This document shows positions 37,601 to 50,371 of a DNA stretch of 64,000 bases, in pieces (within the stretch, counting starts at the first letter, position 1; every line of letters starts with the position of its first letter). The position numbers were made by a program, and so were the translations under genes. The stretch comes from Ylistrum balloti (lineage: Eukaryota), in assembly GCF_031769215.1 (NCBI RefSeq), contig NW_026782756.1, positions 372,001 through 436,000 of the forward strand, written 5' to 3'. The notes beneath the pieces are model-generated. The model had not been told where the DNA came from. It saw only the letters and a list, made by a program, of their open reading frames with translations, and searched no databases.

Positions 37601-39784
37601 ATCGTTCTCGTCGCTGATGGGGAATGAAGATTTCCTGACCATCAGGCAGTTTCACTTTCTGATTAATCATGGGAAGGGCACCTTTAAATTTACAAATAAA
37701 CAGTGAACAGTTTGAAATGTGATAAATACATATTAACTCCACCAGATTTAACATGATAAACATTCATACAGTTTTTATCACTATATGTGTACATGTGTCT
37801 ACCCTGTAATTTTTGATAATGTTGCCTTCATAAGATTGTCCATATTTTAAAGTTCTTACTTTGTGTTATGCTTAATATGATTATAATTAATAGGAAAAAA
37901 GGCCTTCAATTTGTCTATATTAATTCTTCTAGTACAAATATTCAAAATGCATTTTCTTAAGAAATTTCAACCCAGATATAATTTTTAGATCATTAGAATT
38001 GATCAGAGGTAAGGTAGTGTGGATACAACAATCATCTGTTTTTCATTACATTTAACAATTAAGTGCTTTCAGGACACAATTTTTTCCCATTATTTCACCA
38101 TTCCTAATATACACATTACTATTGCCTGTTCTATATTCACCTGTCTGCGTGTTGCCTGGAGAAGTTGATGGTGGTAGTGGAGCAGGAGTAGACACAGTTT
38201 TCTTGTAGGTGAGATACCAGGTGAAAAAACTCTGCATACAGTGTTGAGGAATACCACTGTATTCTCCCTGTAAAAACTGGGTAGCAGTAGCAAATGTCTG
38301 ACCTGGAAACAGAGACATTGCTATCACAGATAACAACTGCTTGCTGTTTGATGTGAGTAATGTACATGTAGAAGCCTATAGTGACTACTATTGGTGTATG
38401 TCTAATAAATATGATTTTACTATGGTACAATGAGAAGATCTGTTACTGAAATATTGTAAACCTACATATTTTAGTGGTACTCATATTTCAAAGCGAAAGT
38501 ACAGAGCTGAAATATTATTCCTGTCAGTTGCAGTTACTGCATGCTGTTTATATTGCAAACACTGTATATGCAAATATATCAATGTGTCAAATTGCTGAAA
38601 TGTGATCGTGCTTCAATTTAATTTAGTTCCTAGGTACCAGCGTAATATAAATAAACTGGTACCCATCCAACATACAACAGATATCTGTCATATACATACC
38701 CTTGTATACACCCATCATACCACAAATTTCTGTAATTTAATTATATAACTAATCCTTATAACTTCAATCACTCACCTGTCATGGTAGCAAGCTGTCCCAG
38801 CTGTACGTTGTACTGGGTTATAAACCAGCGAACCTCATCACCAGCCTTCTGGATACCTTGTCTGTTAGTGACATGTAAAATTTAGTGGTTTATCATTATA
38901 CAATCTATTAATATATTCTATTTGTTCCATTAAGGAACAAAATCATTTTTTTTTTAGGTTTGTTGGGGCCGATAATGATCCCTCTTCCTGCAGAAATTAT
39001 TTCATGTTAACACCAAACTCCCAAATTTTGCAATTTATTCCTCAAATTTTACTCCCTTGTTCGCCAATTTTCTTTCCAAAATGAGGGGAAATTGACCTGT
39101 ACAAAACCACTGAAAAGAAAACCCTGAAAATCTTATCATTCAGGGTCATGAATTTTTTATCTTGAGAAGGAAAAATACCTACTTTAAAAATTCTCGTAGC
39201 TCAGTCGCTATTTCCTCAGAGATGTTTGATATGGAAGCTGATGAGCTGGTGTTGCTATTGTCCTCATCAGTGACACAGTTAACTGTTGTGTCTATATCAT
39301 CTACCAAGCTTAAGTCTATGGTTTCAGTGCGTGCTCGTTTAGCTATCTGTCTTTCAGGGAAAGCTGCCTGAGATGGTGTACGTGAATTTGCGGTCATTGA
39401 CACAGGGTACACTTGACTGGATGAATGTGATCTGTACCCAGATATATTGTGTGACTGGGAGGCAGGGACATTATTTGCCTGTGTGGATGACAGTGAAAAC
39501 TGATGATCTCCATGGCCTGTTCCAGAATGGCTTGTCCTGGTGGCATTTGGTGTTGATGTACGAGGATGGAGGGACTGGGCAGGATTACGGCCTGCAGGCA
39601 CAGCTGACTGAGACAGGGATACAGGAACACTATACAACAGTCCTAACTCATTGTCTAAACGGTCAAATGAATCAAATGCCTGTGCCACCTCCTCTTTGGT
39701 AATGCCGCTGTTCCTCAGCCGCCGTATCAATTCAATCTGCTCTATGGAGAACATTTGTCTGCCACCGCCAACACGTCCTGACAT
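34682..39784 (-). CDS. HMBOX1: Homeobox-containing protein 1-like (HNF1-class/HMBOX1-like), 6 coding exons, about 440 aa
   Basis: Exons 39784-39183, 38861-38776, 38302-38141, 37681-37481, 37333-37235 and 34854-34682 join in frame at GT-AG. N-terminal FSIEQIELIRRLRNSGITKEEVAQAFDSFDRLD matches the HMBOX1 N-terminus as recalled. A POU-like region (LGQLATMTG...FFTWY) and an extended homeodomain (RRERFTFREKHLEVLETCFNENAYPSHEQREAISHMCN...VTPHMVLNWFANRRKE) follow. The true ATG is 39784; the ORF track starts at a TTG. Non-coding exon donor near 40259; polyA signal near 33723..33728. Confidence 0.9.
35085..36250. repeat. 27-bp minisatellite (ataatgccaattaactggctctctcct), about 40 copies with a 546-bp higher-order duplication; degenerate tail to about 37100
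   Basis: Directly visible. The unique spacer cctatttgcctgtaatggcagtcaactg... occurs at 35021 and 35567. It explains the IMPINWLSP ORFs. Confidence 0.97.
38945..39126. mobile_element. Small MITE-like repeat, related copy at about 17605-17765
   Basis: Both sites share ggggccgataa...aaaatgagg.aa. This copy ends in aaaaccctg, a CAGGG-type terminus. Confidence 0.35.
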
Positions 39785-40379
39785 GGTCCCCAAACCTCAT
39801 GGGTTGGATGATTGCTGTACAGCTCCAGAATACAATTGCTTCACTGCAAGCAATGAACAATACTCACGAAATCTGTATTTTATAAAATGTATACATATAA
39901 AGACTTAATTACAATGCTGTGTTTTTTTCAAGTTATAGATAAGCACAATAAAGGCATAATAAAGGAGTAATTGAATACAACGTCAGAAGAAGGTTGTATG
40001 CTAGTTAAAGTCGGTTTGGCCTGCTATGCGGCTGGAGTGTTATATCATCCATCATTTATTGTATTAATGCTATGACATATTCACTCTATCTATAAACAAA
40101 TATATTTCATACTGCATTTTATGTCAAAGTAATAGAGCATTCATTTCCAAGATCTAACACTTTAAACCATCGCTAATCACTGCCCTTTGTTCCGTGTATA
40201 TTTTACATCGCACTGGCCTCTTTGTTATAACCAGTGCCTCTGGTTGTTAGTCATTTACCTGCAGCGTAAATACTTTCGATTTTCTTCATTCCATGTGCAT
40301 CCCACTGATTCGATTACTAATTAATTACCTACAAAAAAGACTTAACCTCCAGAACCTAGTTAGGCGTCTCCATCTTGAA

Positions 40380-41000
40380 TATCATTATTGAACACGTTGA
40401 CATGCAAAACGAGGTTATACACGCTTCGTCGGTTTTCTAACACGTGGTTAGCCTTGTTGACATCGCGCTTACAAATGTTAGGTAACGCAGTTTAATGCGA
40501 CGGTGTATAAATAATTCATGTATTATTTAGTATACATTGTAATCAACTAAGTAAATCTTCGGGCATGTGATTGGCTACGGATGACACGACTCAGTGAGCA
40601 CACTCATACGCGGTTAGACATGAATGCCTTGCTTGTTTATTGCACACCAAAACCATGTGATAACGGGGGAGGTATATGGAACAGCGTATACACAACATGT
40701 TTGGATGCAAATTCTGAATTGTATAGAGAATGATATATAGGGAATATAAGTATTATAAATTGGCAAAAAATTAGTCACATTTAGAACGATTTCAAGTAAT
40801 CTCTGTACAAGTAAATTTAGTTTACCGTTTCACGTCGGAGAATAACGGAATAGCCATTTTTACCTAGACTTAAGCGACCTTATTGTTTGGTTTCTATGTG
40901 CTCGAAAAAAACGTGATCGGTGACGGAAATGTTAAAAAAGGGTCTTCTTTTGGGTTTAATTAGTGCACAAGAACAATTCACAGCAACGAATGAGAGGAAA
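40380..41000. promoter_or_regulatory. Probable bidirectional promoter between the HMBOX1-like gene (-) and the TIR-SAM gene (+)
   Basis: The genes are divergent, their inferred 5' ends lie under about 1 kb apart, CpG is locally enriched, and a reverse CCAAT (gattgg) sits near 40570. Confidence 0.5.
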
Positions 41001-41221
41001 CAGCAGTAGTCTGGAGCAACCAACGATGTCTTCCGCGGCAGTGTGAATGTTGTGTAGTTTCGGGATGAGAGCTTGCCAAGATGAACTGGGGGAGTCGGTA
41101 AGCGACCATGTCTCTGAACTGGTGCAGGCATGCAGGTAAAAGATCCATATAGTGTACTATGAAACAAAGACAGGTTCATAAATCGACATACCACGGTGAT
41201 TGTTAGCCCAAATAATAAATC

Positions 41222-44200
41222 ATGAATACCGAGCAGTCAGATGTGATTGAAAATTCCGTGACTGTGGAAATCAAAGACAAGACGGAAGACATCAACCAAT
41301 TTGATTCTGTGTCAAATGTGCGTTCTCAGCCGGATAGATCAAGAGAAATGGTATCAAAGCAGGCACTGAAAGATTCAACGAATACACAACACATGGACAG
41401 TAACAAACGAGTGGAGGGAGGAGGCACAACACAGAGCCATGAATCGGCACCATATGTGGCTCCCCCTCAAAAAATAAAAAAGATGAAGAGAGGGATATTC
41501 ATTTCTTACTCTCCAGATGCTGGGTTTGTTGAGAGGAAGTTTGTGGTGGACACAGTGCGGCAGCTGAAGGAAAACAATCTTGCAGAAGACATTTGGTTTG
41601 ATAAAGATGAAAAAAATACTGACAGTCCAGTGTGGTTCTCTTTGCGCATGGAGGCAGTGGAAAAATGCCGGGCCTCCATTCTCTTCTTTTCCCCAAGTTA
41701 CTTTTCTTGTCCTGTGTCAATGTATGAAAGTAAAACACTTCTACAAAGACGACGACAAGATCCACACTCTGTAGCCATATTTCCCATTATCTTCTCATCA
41801 TTAGACAACACTGAAATTCCAAAAGATTATTTTTTATTAATAAAACATGCTGTAGATTTAAGTAAAGACCATGTAAAAAAGAGTCTAGCTGAGAAAACGT
41901 CTGTTGTGATAGGGGGTATCATGGAAGAGCTAGATAAATATGCCTCCATGAACATCCCCCCTACACCTGTGACACCACCTGACACAGAGTTCACAGAAGA
42001 GTACAAAAAGAAAAAGATATGTCAGTGGAGTGCTAGTGATCTACAGGAATGGCTCTTCAATTTGGGAATAAAGGAATTTTATCGTCAAAGTTTGGCTGAA
42101 AATATGGTGGATGGATTTCTCCTGATGTCACTGACTGACCATGACATGATACAACACCTTGGAATTGATAGTCGTGTAGTTCGCAAAAAAATCATGCAGC
42201 AGATTCTTATTACTCTGGACTCTGAACACAAACAGAAAGACAACTGGCATCTACGAGCACGTGCTCTGCGTGCCAAACCTGATGTCATCTATCTGGTGTA
42301 TGATCCTGCAGATGTCCGTCTTGCACAGAACCTCAAAGCTGACTTAAAGAAGAAAAATCTGCAGGTAAGATACCTCAGTTGTACCAAGTAATTAAATTCA
42401 AAGTACGATTCAATTTCACAGTTCATGTTTTTCAAATATATGAAGCTGTGTCTGTTATGAGTACTGCTTTTCAAATATCTTAAAACTTGTAGAGTGGGTG
42501 CCCCAAGATGAAAATATATGATCGTCACTGAAATGGTTTGATTTTACTTACCGACTTAAGTAAAAAAAATAGCACTTATCTGCTGTCTCATGAATAAAAC
42601 ATTTCTGACAAAAAGTAATGAAATAACAAAAGCTGACAAACACTATTTAGCAAGTTACAGTAATATGCTTGGTACTGTCATATACTGACGCACTGTAACA
42701 CTCACATACTGACAAACCATAACACTCACATACAGACAAACTATAACACTCACATACTGACGCACTGTAACACTCACATACAGACAAACCATAACACTCA
42801 CATACAGACAAACTATAACACTCACATACTGACAAACTATAACACTCACATACAGACAAACTATAACAGTCACATACTGACAAACCATAACACTCACATA
42901 CAGACAAACTATAACACTCACATACTGACGCACTGTAACACTCACATACAGACAAACTATAACAGTCACATACTGACAAACTATAACACTCGCATACAGA
43001 CAAACTATAACAGTCACATACTGACAAACTATAACACTCACAAACTGACGCACTGTAACACTCACATACAGACAAACCATAACACTCACATACTGACAAA
43101 CCATAACACTCGCATACAGACAAACCATAACACTCACATACTGACGCACTGTAACACTCACATACAGACAAACCATAACACTCGCATACAGACAAACCAT
43201 AACACTCACATACTGACGCACTGTAACACTCACATACAGACAAACTATAACACTCGCATACAGACAAACTATAACACTCACATACTGACGCACTGTAACA
43301 CTCACATACAGACAAACCATAACACTCACATACAGACAAACTACAGCAGTTACAACTGCAAACTAGAACAGTTACACTTTGATAATAATAACAATCACAC
43401 TGACAAGTTATGTAGCAGTCACACTCAAACTGACAGTCACACAGAGAAAAATTTGGATGTGCGATAGCACTTAATATATAAAATTATAGATGTGTTTTTA
43501 TGTATTTTTTTCTGTTTTAGCTGTCTATCAGAATCATTCAGTTGTGAACTTAGAAAGTTTGTATTTTACTTGTCAAAACCAAAATCATGTCCAAATGTAA
43601 ATGGCTTATCCCAGTAGCGTATGTATATGATTGTTGTTTTACTGTATTTAAACATTAATGTGACGTTTGCTACAGAAGTTCATTACTTTAAAAACTATTT
43701 AAGAAATAACAACCAATAAGAAGAAATGATAAAAGTCTTCAATACCACAGATAAAATGGAGCACTCTTCCATAATGATATGTTTGTCAACTGTACCTTAA
43801 GTTCAAGAAAAACATTTCTGAAGTCAACATGAATTACGTGTTTTCACTTCTGCCTAGTAACATACAACTAGTAATTTATATTGGCAAAATAGAAATCATA
43901 GAAACTCATATAAGTAAACCATGTCATTCTTGTTATTTTTTCATCATTGAGTAAAACAATTTAAATTGAAGCAGAAGAATTTATAAAATTGCGGATTATG
44001 TGTTTTTGATAGCTGTTAGTATTACTAGTTTCACAACCTTACAAGGTTTAATGTTGACAGTTTTATCATTCAGAACTGTGTTCTGAATTTTTATAAAATT
44101 GTCTTCATGTTAGTCATAAATTTCCTCAAGTTAAATAACATTGGCATGAAATAGGATAAAGATTGAACAGGTCTGCATGTTATAAATTAAGATGAATCAT

Positions 44201-47200
44201 CTACAAGCTTTATTACATTTGATCAGGGAGATATGGGGAATGTTGGGCATGACAAAAGTGTCTGCAATTAATATACAGTTGATTATAATGTCACAATATA
44301 TGCTTGTATGCCTTTAATGTTGACCGTTGTACTACTGTTTACAATCTCGAGATGTCATGTTGGTTAACCTTGGAGTCTAAATTTAGAAATACAACTATTA
44401 TTAATGTAATACCATAGATAATAATAAACAAAACATTTGATATCACAGATCTAAAGAGATATCAAGAGCTTCTTCAGCTAAACAATGTAACCCATGCTGT
44501 ATAAGCATTTATGTTTTAAGACAATCTGCCCTATGTCAACATTGACTTACTGTACATAGCATGGTTTCATATTACTTGACAGGGTGTTAAAGTGGAACTT
44601 ATAATGATAACAATAGATGTTTTGTAGCAAATTTATTATGATTTACTTAGCAGTATTAAAAATATACATTCTTTCTTTAATTTAACGTCTATTTTTTATT
44701 TTTATTTTTTACCGTTTCTTATTGTAAAAATTGAAATGATATTATTGAAGGAGTGATCTGGCCATTAGTCATTGAGAATTAAGTCATAAAATGAAAGTTA
44801 AAATTTTCTTGCCTCCCATTGCAGATATTACAGTGTCAAAATCAGCACAATATTTAGCTAAAGGTGCTTTTAGGAGTATGGTTTCTCCTCTTCACAATTA
44901 AACTAAAAGTGTCTACTTGAGCAAGAACTTTTTTTTTCATATTATAAGTCTTTATAACAATATTGGGTCAACAATATTGAGTCCTTATGATTTATAACGA
45001 GGTGTAATTATAACGTTCTAGGTTGTTAATGAAAGTCTCAGTTAACATGGCATTTAGTATTGCCTATAAAGATCACAATAAATTGTCTCTGTCCAGGATA
45101 CATATTTTTATGGGTATTAGGTTCAACGTACTGACAACATTTACAAAAGCAATGTGTGTTACCATGTGTTGAGTATTGACACAGAGAAATATCTATCATC
45201 AAACAAACTACAGCACTCTATCTTCACAGGAGTATGTCAGATTTGATAAGCACATGAAGTTGAATGTTTTAAATATTGGTTTTTATTTTACAATTTCTAT
45301 GTTGAAGAGATTATCTGCGGCCCTTATATTATACCTTGGTGACCACCAAGTTGATCACAATCCGAGTTTAATTGACAATGTTTGTTACTTCAGTCGTAAG
45401 ATGTGCTGAAAACATGGTAAGGCACATTCTTTCATGTGAGGCCAACAACAGTGTTATTTAGATGTCAGTTTTATCCTTCACCAGTCTATTATGCCATATG
45501 TGAAAGTCCATTGTGTTTGCCCATTGATACCAGAAGAGATCGTCAAACAAAGCATGCCTTTCAGAGACCAATCCTACTGTAGAAACATATGATAAAAAAT
45601 CTATTTTTTTCATTACCCTTATTTTAAGACAGTTTGACATGAGTGACATCAACGCTCTTATTTCTGGTAACCATTTATGCCAGTTCTGTTCATTAATATT
45701 GATTTCAACAGAAATGAGTTGATTGTATGAATTCAATTGTATTTTTTATTTGTGAACTTGAGATTAATTTTATAATGTAAATATAAAATTAAGGATAAGT
45801 GGACAAAAGTTCACACATTGAATTTTGAATTTATATACAAATTATATTTATATTGTATTTTGATAAGCGTTTACATGCCAAGCTTGAATTAATTTTGATA
45901 AGGAAATCATTGTCAGAGAACATAAAATACATATAGGTGAAATATTCCTTCTTTCATATTAAGAGCATATAACTACTTGAATTTAACATGCTTAGTTTGA
46001 TTATATTTTACACTTGATAGTCTGTGAAAGGGAAGGGTCTCAGTTACTTAAAGTCCTCAATTTTCATGGGACTCAAACTTTTTTCATTGTACTTAAGAAT
46101 TCTACTCCTGAAAAATTTATCTTAAGTTTTGAACCGTTCATTATTTGGTCCACTAATAATGAAAGCTCGGGAACTATATGTACTTTATCTATCTGTCTGT
46201 CCATGCATTTGTGACAAAGTTTTTCTGCACTCTAGTGGCTTCATTGGATGAGGGATTATCATAAAACTTTACACAATTACATAAAAAAAACAACCTTGAA
46301 CAGTTCTGAGTTTCCGAGTTGATGAGTCAAAATCATTTATCATTTTCTAAAAACCTTAGTCAGTTCTCTGGGGGCTTCATTCCTTATGGGATCAAGTCAG
46401 CTCAAACACTTATAAATGACCGTAATACTGTTTTTAGAAAATTGTTATCATTGTTCAAGCAATAATCAATATGTTTGTGATTCATGGATTCATGGATTTA
46501 GAAGGACCAGTGAATGAAGGAGAATAAATGCCCCACAAAAATGATAGATTTTGTAGTAAGTTATCAACTCTATAATACATTGTCTTACAAGTGGTTGAAA
46601 CAATTCTGTGACAAGTACCAATAAGGATGAACATATGATGAAATGAGATATGACAGCAGAAGCAATGTGACCTGACATGAGTTCATTAGTCGTAATACCT
46701 TCCTCTTTATGACCATAATTTATTGAAGCAGGGACTGTAGTAAGTCTACCCACATCTTCTGGCTATTCCATAGAATTACCAACAAATGCTATTTCACTGT
46801 CACATAATAGCGAGGACCCTTACTTCAGGGGTAATGTGTCTCCTGACAATTTTTTCTGCTGTTGCAAATTTACAGTCCTTTACCTAATGCAGCTATAAAT
46901 GAATGTATGTTAATAGAAACAATTATTAATTAAAGTTTTTTCAAATATTTCCAATTTATTTTAGTAAATTACCAAAAAAAAGTGATTTTTTGAAAGTTCA
47001 AATGTAATAAAAATGTGTAAACTACATGTAATTTTAGTTCTGTATTTCAATCAGGTGATTTTAAAATTGAACTTTTGAGTCAACAGCTGAGTATAATTAA
47101 AAAGAAACAACATGTTTTGGTGGAAATTGAAAGTGATAAAAGCATAAATGGATGTATTCAAGAATACGTTGAACATTCATATTGAAATTTCAAGAAAGGC

Positions 47201-50200
47201 CTGTTATAAAGCAATAGTGAATGCATGTTTGATATTTTGGCAAACAAGTAAGACCTAATCAGTACTTGGTCAGCTACCCTATATCTCAGTGACAGATCTG
47301 CAAACTAATCTACCTTAATACAAGTGCAACATACACAATTATATATATATAATCCCATGTTGGTATGTGTGAATATTATTCTATGGCACAAACGACAACT
47401 CACTTTAAAGGATATTGTTAATGAGTTTATCACTAAAGTTTTTTCTCTTTCTAATCATGTCATGGTCACTGTGTTGATTTAGCTGTGTATGGTATTTATC
47501 ACTGTATGTATAACATTACCCACTGACTCACAGAATGGATGTTGACATTAGCGATAAATTGTTCATGGGACAAGAGTTCATTCAGGTTTACAATAGGTAT
47601 CCAGTTTTGTGGATCAACAATCAAAGTTTACAGCGGTGTTATGACACAGGCGTTTCAGTCAACACTGTTTCTATTGAATGTAGTCTATCAATTTTCTAAG
47701 TGATCCTTGATAAATGTTATTTGATATCAACTTCTCTGCCACATATCGTACCTGTGTAGGCTGGTCACAGCTCCATTACTACATAGTTCACCTTATCAAA
47801 CTGTGAGATATTTTTAATGCGGAGAGTGTCGGATGGAAAGGGTTAATAAATAGATAGTTAAAATCCTATACAGGTATTACACACATCAAGATTACCTAGT
47901 GAAAGATACCAATTACTAGCGTATAAATTAGATGTTAAGATTCAAAAGAATCATATTCTTAACCCAGAAAACTTAATTAAAAAGATTGGGATCCTTTTAA
48001 AGAAATATGACCATGAAATACACGCACTACTTATTTACTGGTTTGAGCCATACATAATGTTTAGTTATTGACTAGTCGTGCAGACAACAAATCAAATATA
48101 CAAGTAATCAATCAGAAAGTACCCATGAAAGGCTAATTCAATTAAAAAGATATCAACGACTCCTAAGCATTCTCAACATATTATCGTTATCCCCATTAAT
48201 AGTAATTTAATTTTATTGTTCTGTTATCGATCAATTAGTCTTGAAGATTTTTTTTCTTTGAGCGATTGAATAATTGCCTGGTTAACCCTGTGTTTATTTG
48301 TGTTTTGAAGAGAGCTAGAAGGATGTCTACTTTATTTCCCTTAATATTTAACAAAATTTGACTCTATTTCAAGCAATGTCATATTATGTATTTAATATCA
48401 ATATGGTTTCTTAATAATAAAAATGCTGAATCGAGGTTTGAAAGTCTTTCTTTCCAGATACATGACACAAACTGTTCAAATGTGCGGTAGTGGCACATAA
48501 AATCATACCAGTATACACGTGCAGCCAGAGAATGTAAGATGATATATGTATCTTGTTTAATTGTTAGCTTTGGAAGCATGTTGTGCAGATGACTTCCTGC
48601 ATTTTTAATGGTTTTTATGAAATGACTTTGTATGAGTTATCTACCTTGGTTTGTTTTTGTATTCTAGGTGCTTCACCATGACAGTATGAAGCTAGGAAAG
48701 TCAAAGGAAGAGTTCCTGCTCATAAATGGTCCAGTCATGGCGACATCCTCCCAAATTGTGGTCCTTCTAACAGAAGCTTCCACCACCTCTCCATTTGTCT
48801 TCCATGAAGTCTTGTTTGCAGACTGGCTAGGCAAGAAACTTGTCACTGCCATGTTTAAAAATGTCTGGATGAATTTCAGAGCTTCTCTCAAAGCGGTGCT
48901 GGGTAAGTAAATCAGTTAACAGTAATTAATATGATAGTAAAAGGAAGTAATATTAAGTGAAAAGCAGTCACATAAACATCTTGAGAAACAAGGTCCAGTG
49001 TGCATAACCAGTTAATATAGAATAGAAACATGACTCCAAAACCAATGGTTGATATTTCACTATTTGTGTCGGACATCTATTGAAAAATTACACGAGTTTC
49101 TGATATTAACAGGTGAATGCCCTTCTGTGGATTTTGAAACCAAAATGTATAATGAGAGTCTTGATGTGTTGGAGCACCATATCAAACCCTTAAGGCGAGT
49201 TCCAGGTGTGGTCCTTGAACAGGCGTACCTCAACAAGATGGCAGAGGGCCTAAAACCCCTTGAGGTCCTTGGCACTGTTTCACCAGGTAAAAAACTGCTC
49301 ACAACTTTCTGATAGCTAAAAAACATTAAATATTGTTTGTGAATTAGGTAATTCTAATAGGTGTCTGGTCAATACTAATTGTAGGAATGTTTTATCATTT
49401 AGACATATCTGTGTACTGATCTAGGAGCATCAAGTTTTAATCATCTCATAGTACCAATGTTCAATCTGTCCTGGTGTATATAGTTATTATACTAAATGTG
49501 TGACATCATTTTAGGTTCTGATTGAAGCTTCTTTTACTCTCATGGAAATCAGACCAGCACTTCCTGAATCTCATGTAATGCGCTAGGTGCAATGTTGTCG
49601 CCCTGACAAGATTACAATTTTATTTTTTATTTTGTTGTAAGGAAAAGAGGAGACTAGATATTAATATGAAACGTACTTCTAATTTTTTACATACATCAAG
49701 AAAACAATGTCAACCTACTAAATTGACCTTGTAACTTATTTTTTGCTATACTTTGAATTTATGTTCACGTCTGAAGAGCAAGTGTGATAGATTTATCATA
49801 GTATACACTACAGTGTTATACAATGATAATAAATTTGTTTCTGTGTACAGGTGGAACCCATTCTCAGTACTACAAGGAAGGTGAACCTCAAGTATTTATC
49901 AGTTACCAGTGGGATATGCAAGGGAAAGTGCTTGACATCAAACAAATGCTTGAAAACAATGGTCTTCAGTGCTGGGCAGATATCACAATGGCTAGTACTA
50001 CCCAACCACGTGGTCACAGTAGCAAGAGTAGCCGCAGTAGTGTAACACTGCTGGAGGTTGGGGGCGAGACATTGCAGAGTCAGATCCAGCGAAACATGAA
50101 GGCCTCAGCTGTAGTGGTATGCTGCATCACCCCGAAATACCTCCAGAGTGACAACTGCAAGAAAGACCTAACTCTGGCCGAGACATTCAACAAACCAATC

Positions 50201-50371
50201 ATTCCTGTACTCCTCAGGTTCTCTCCCCTTGAAAGTGCACCAGACCAGGTGCGAAAGATTATTGCCAAATATAGTTGTGTGGATCTGAGTAATGACCGCC
50301 TTTACAAACAGCACATGGCAGCAGTACTGGAGAGAGTGAAAAAGTATGTAGTGCCACGGGGATACAGCTGA
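41222..50371 (+). CDS. TIR-SAM-TIR-TIR multidomain protein, 4 coding exons, 690 aa
   Basis: Exons 41222-42364, 48668-48902, 49113-49286 and 49851-50371 join in frame (2073 nt). TIR1: GIFISYS...IWFD...FFSPSYFSCPVSMYE. SAM: QWSASDLQEWLFNLGIKEFYRQSLAENMVDGFLLMSLTDHDMIQHLGI. TIR2: IYLVYDPAD...IVVLLTEASTTSPFVFHEV...KKLVTAMF. TIR3: VFISYQWD...CWADI...VVVCCITPKYLQSDNCKKDL...KPIIPVLL. Confidence 0.88.
42662..43360. repeat. 24-bp minisatellite (ataacactcacatacagacaaac[c/t] and variants), about 28 copies, in intron 1 of the TIR-SAM gene
   Basis: Directly visible. It explains the YSLSVCEC and VSVMVCLY ORFs. Confidence 0.97.

Noticed and set aside
42647-43339. Cys-rich 230-aa and 224-aa ORFs (YSLSVCEC repeats) resembling metallothionein or keratin-associated proteins
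   Set aside because: Both are open simply because the unit is 24 bp; the region is an intronic minisatellite.
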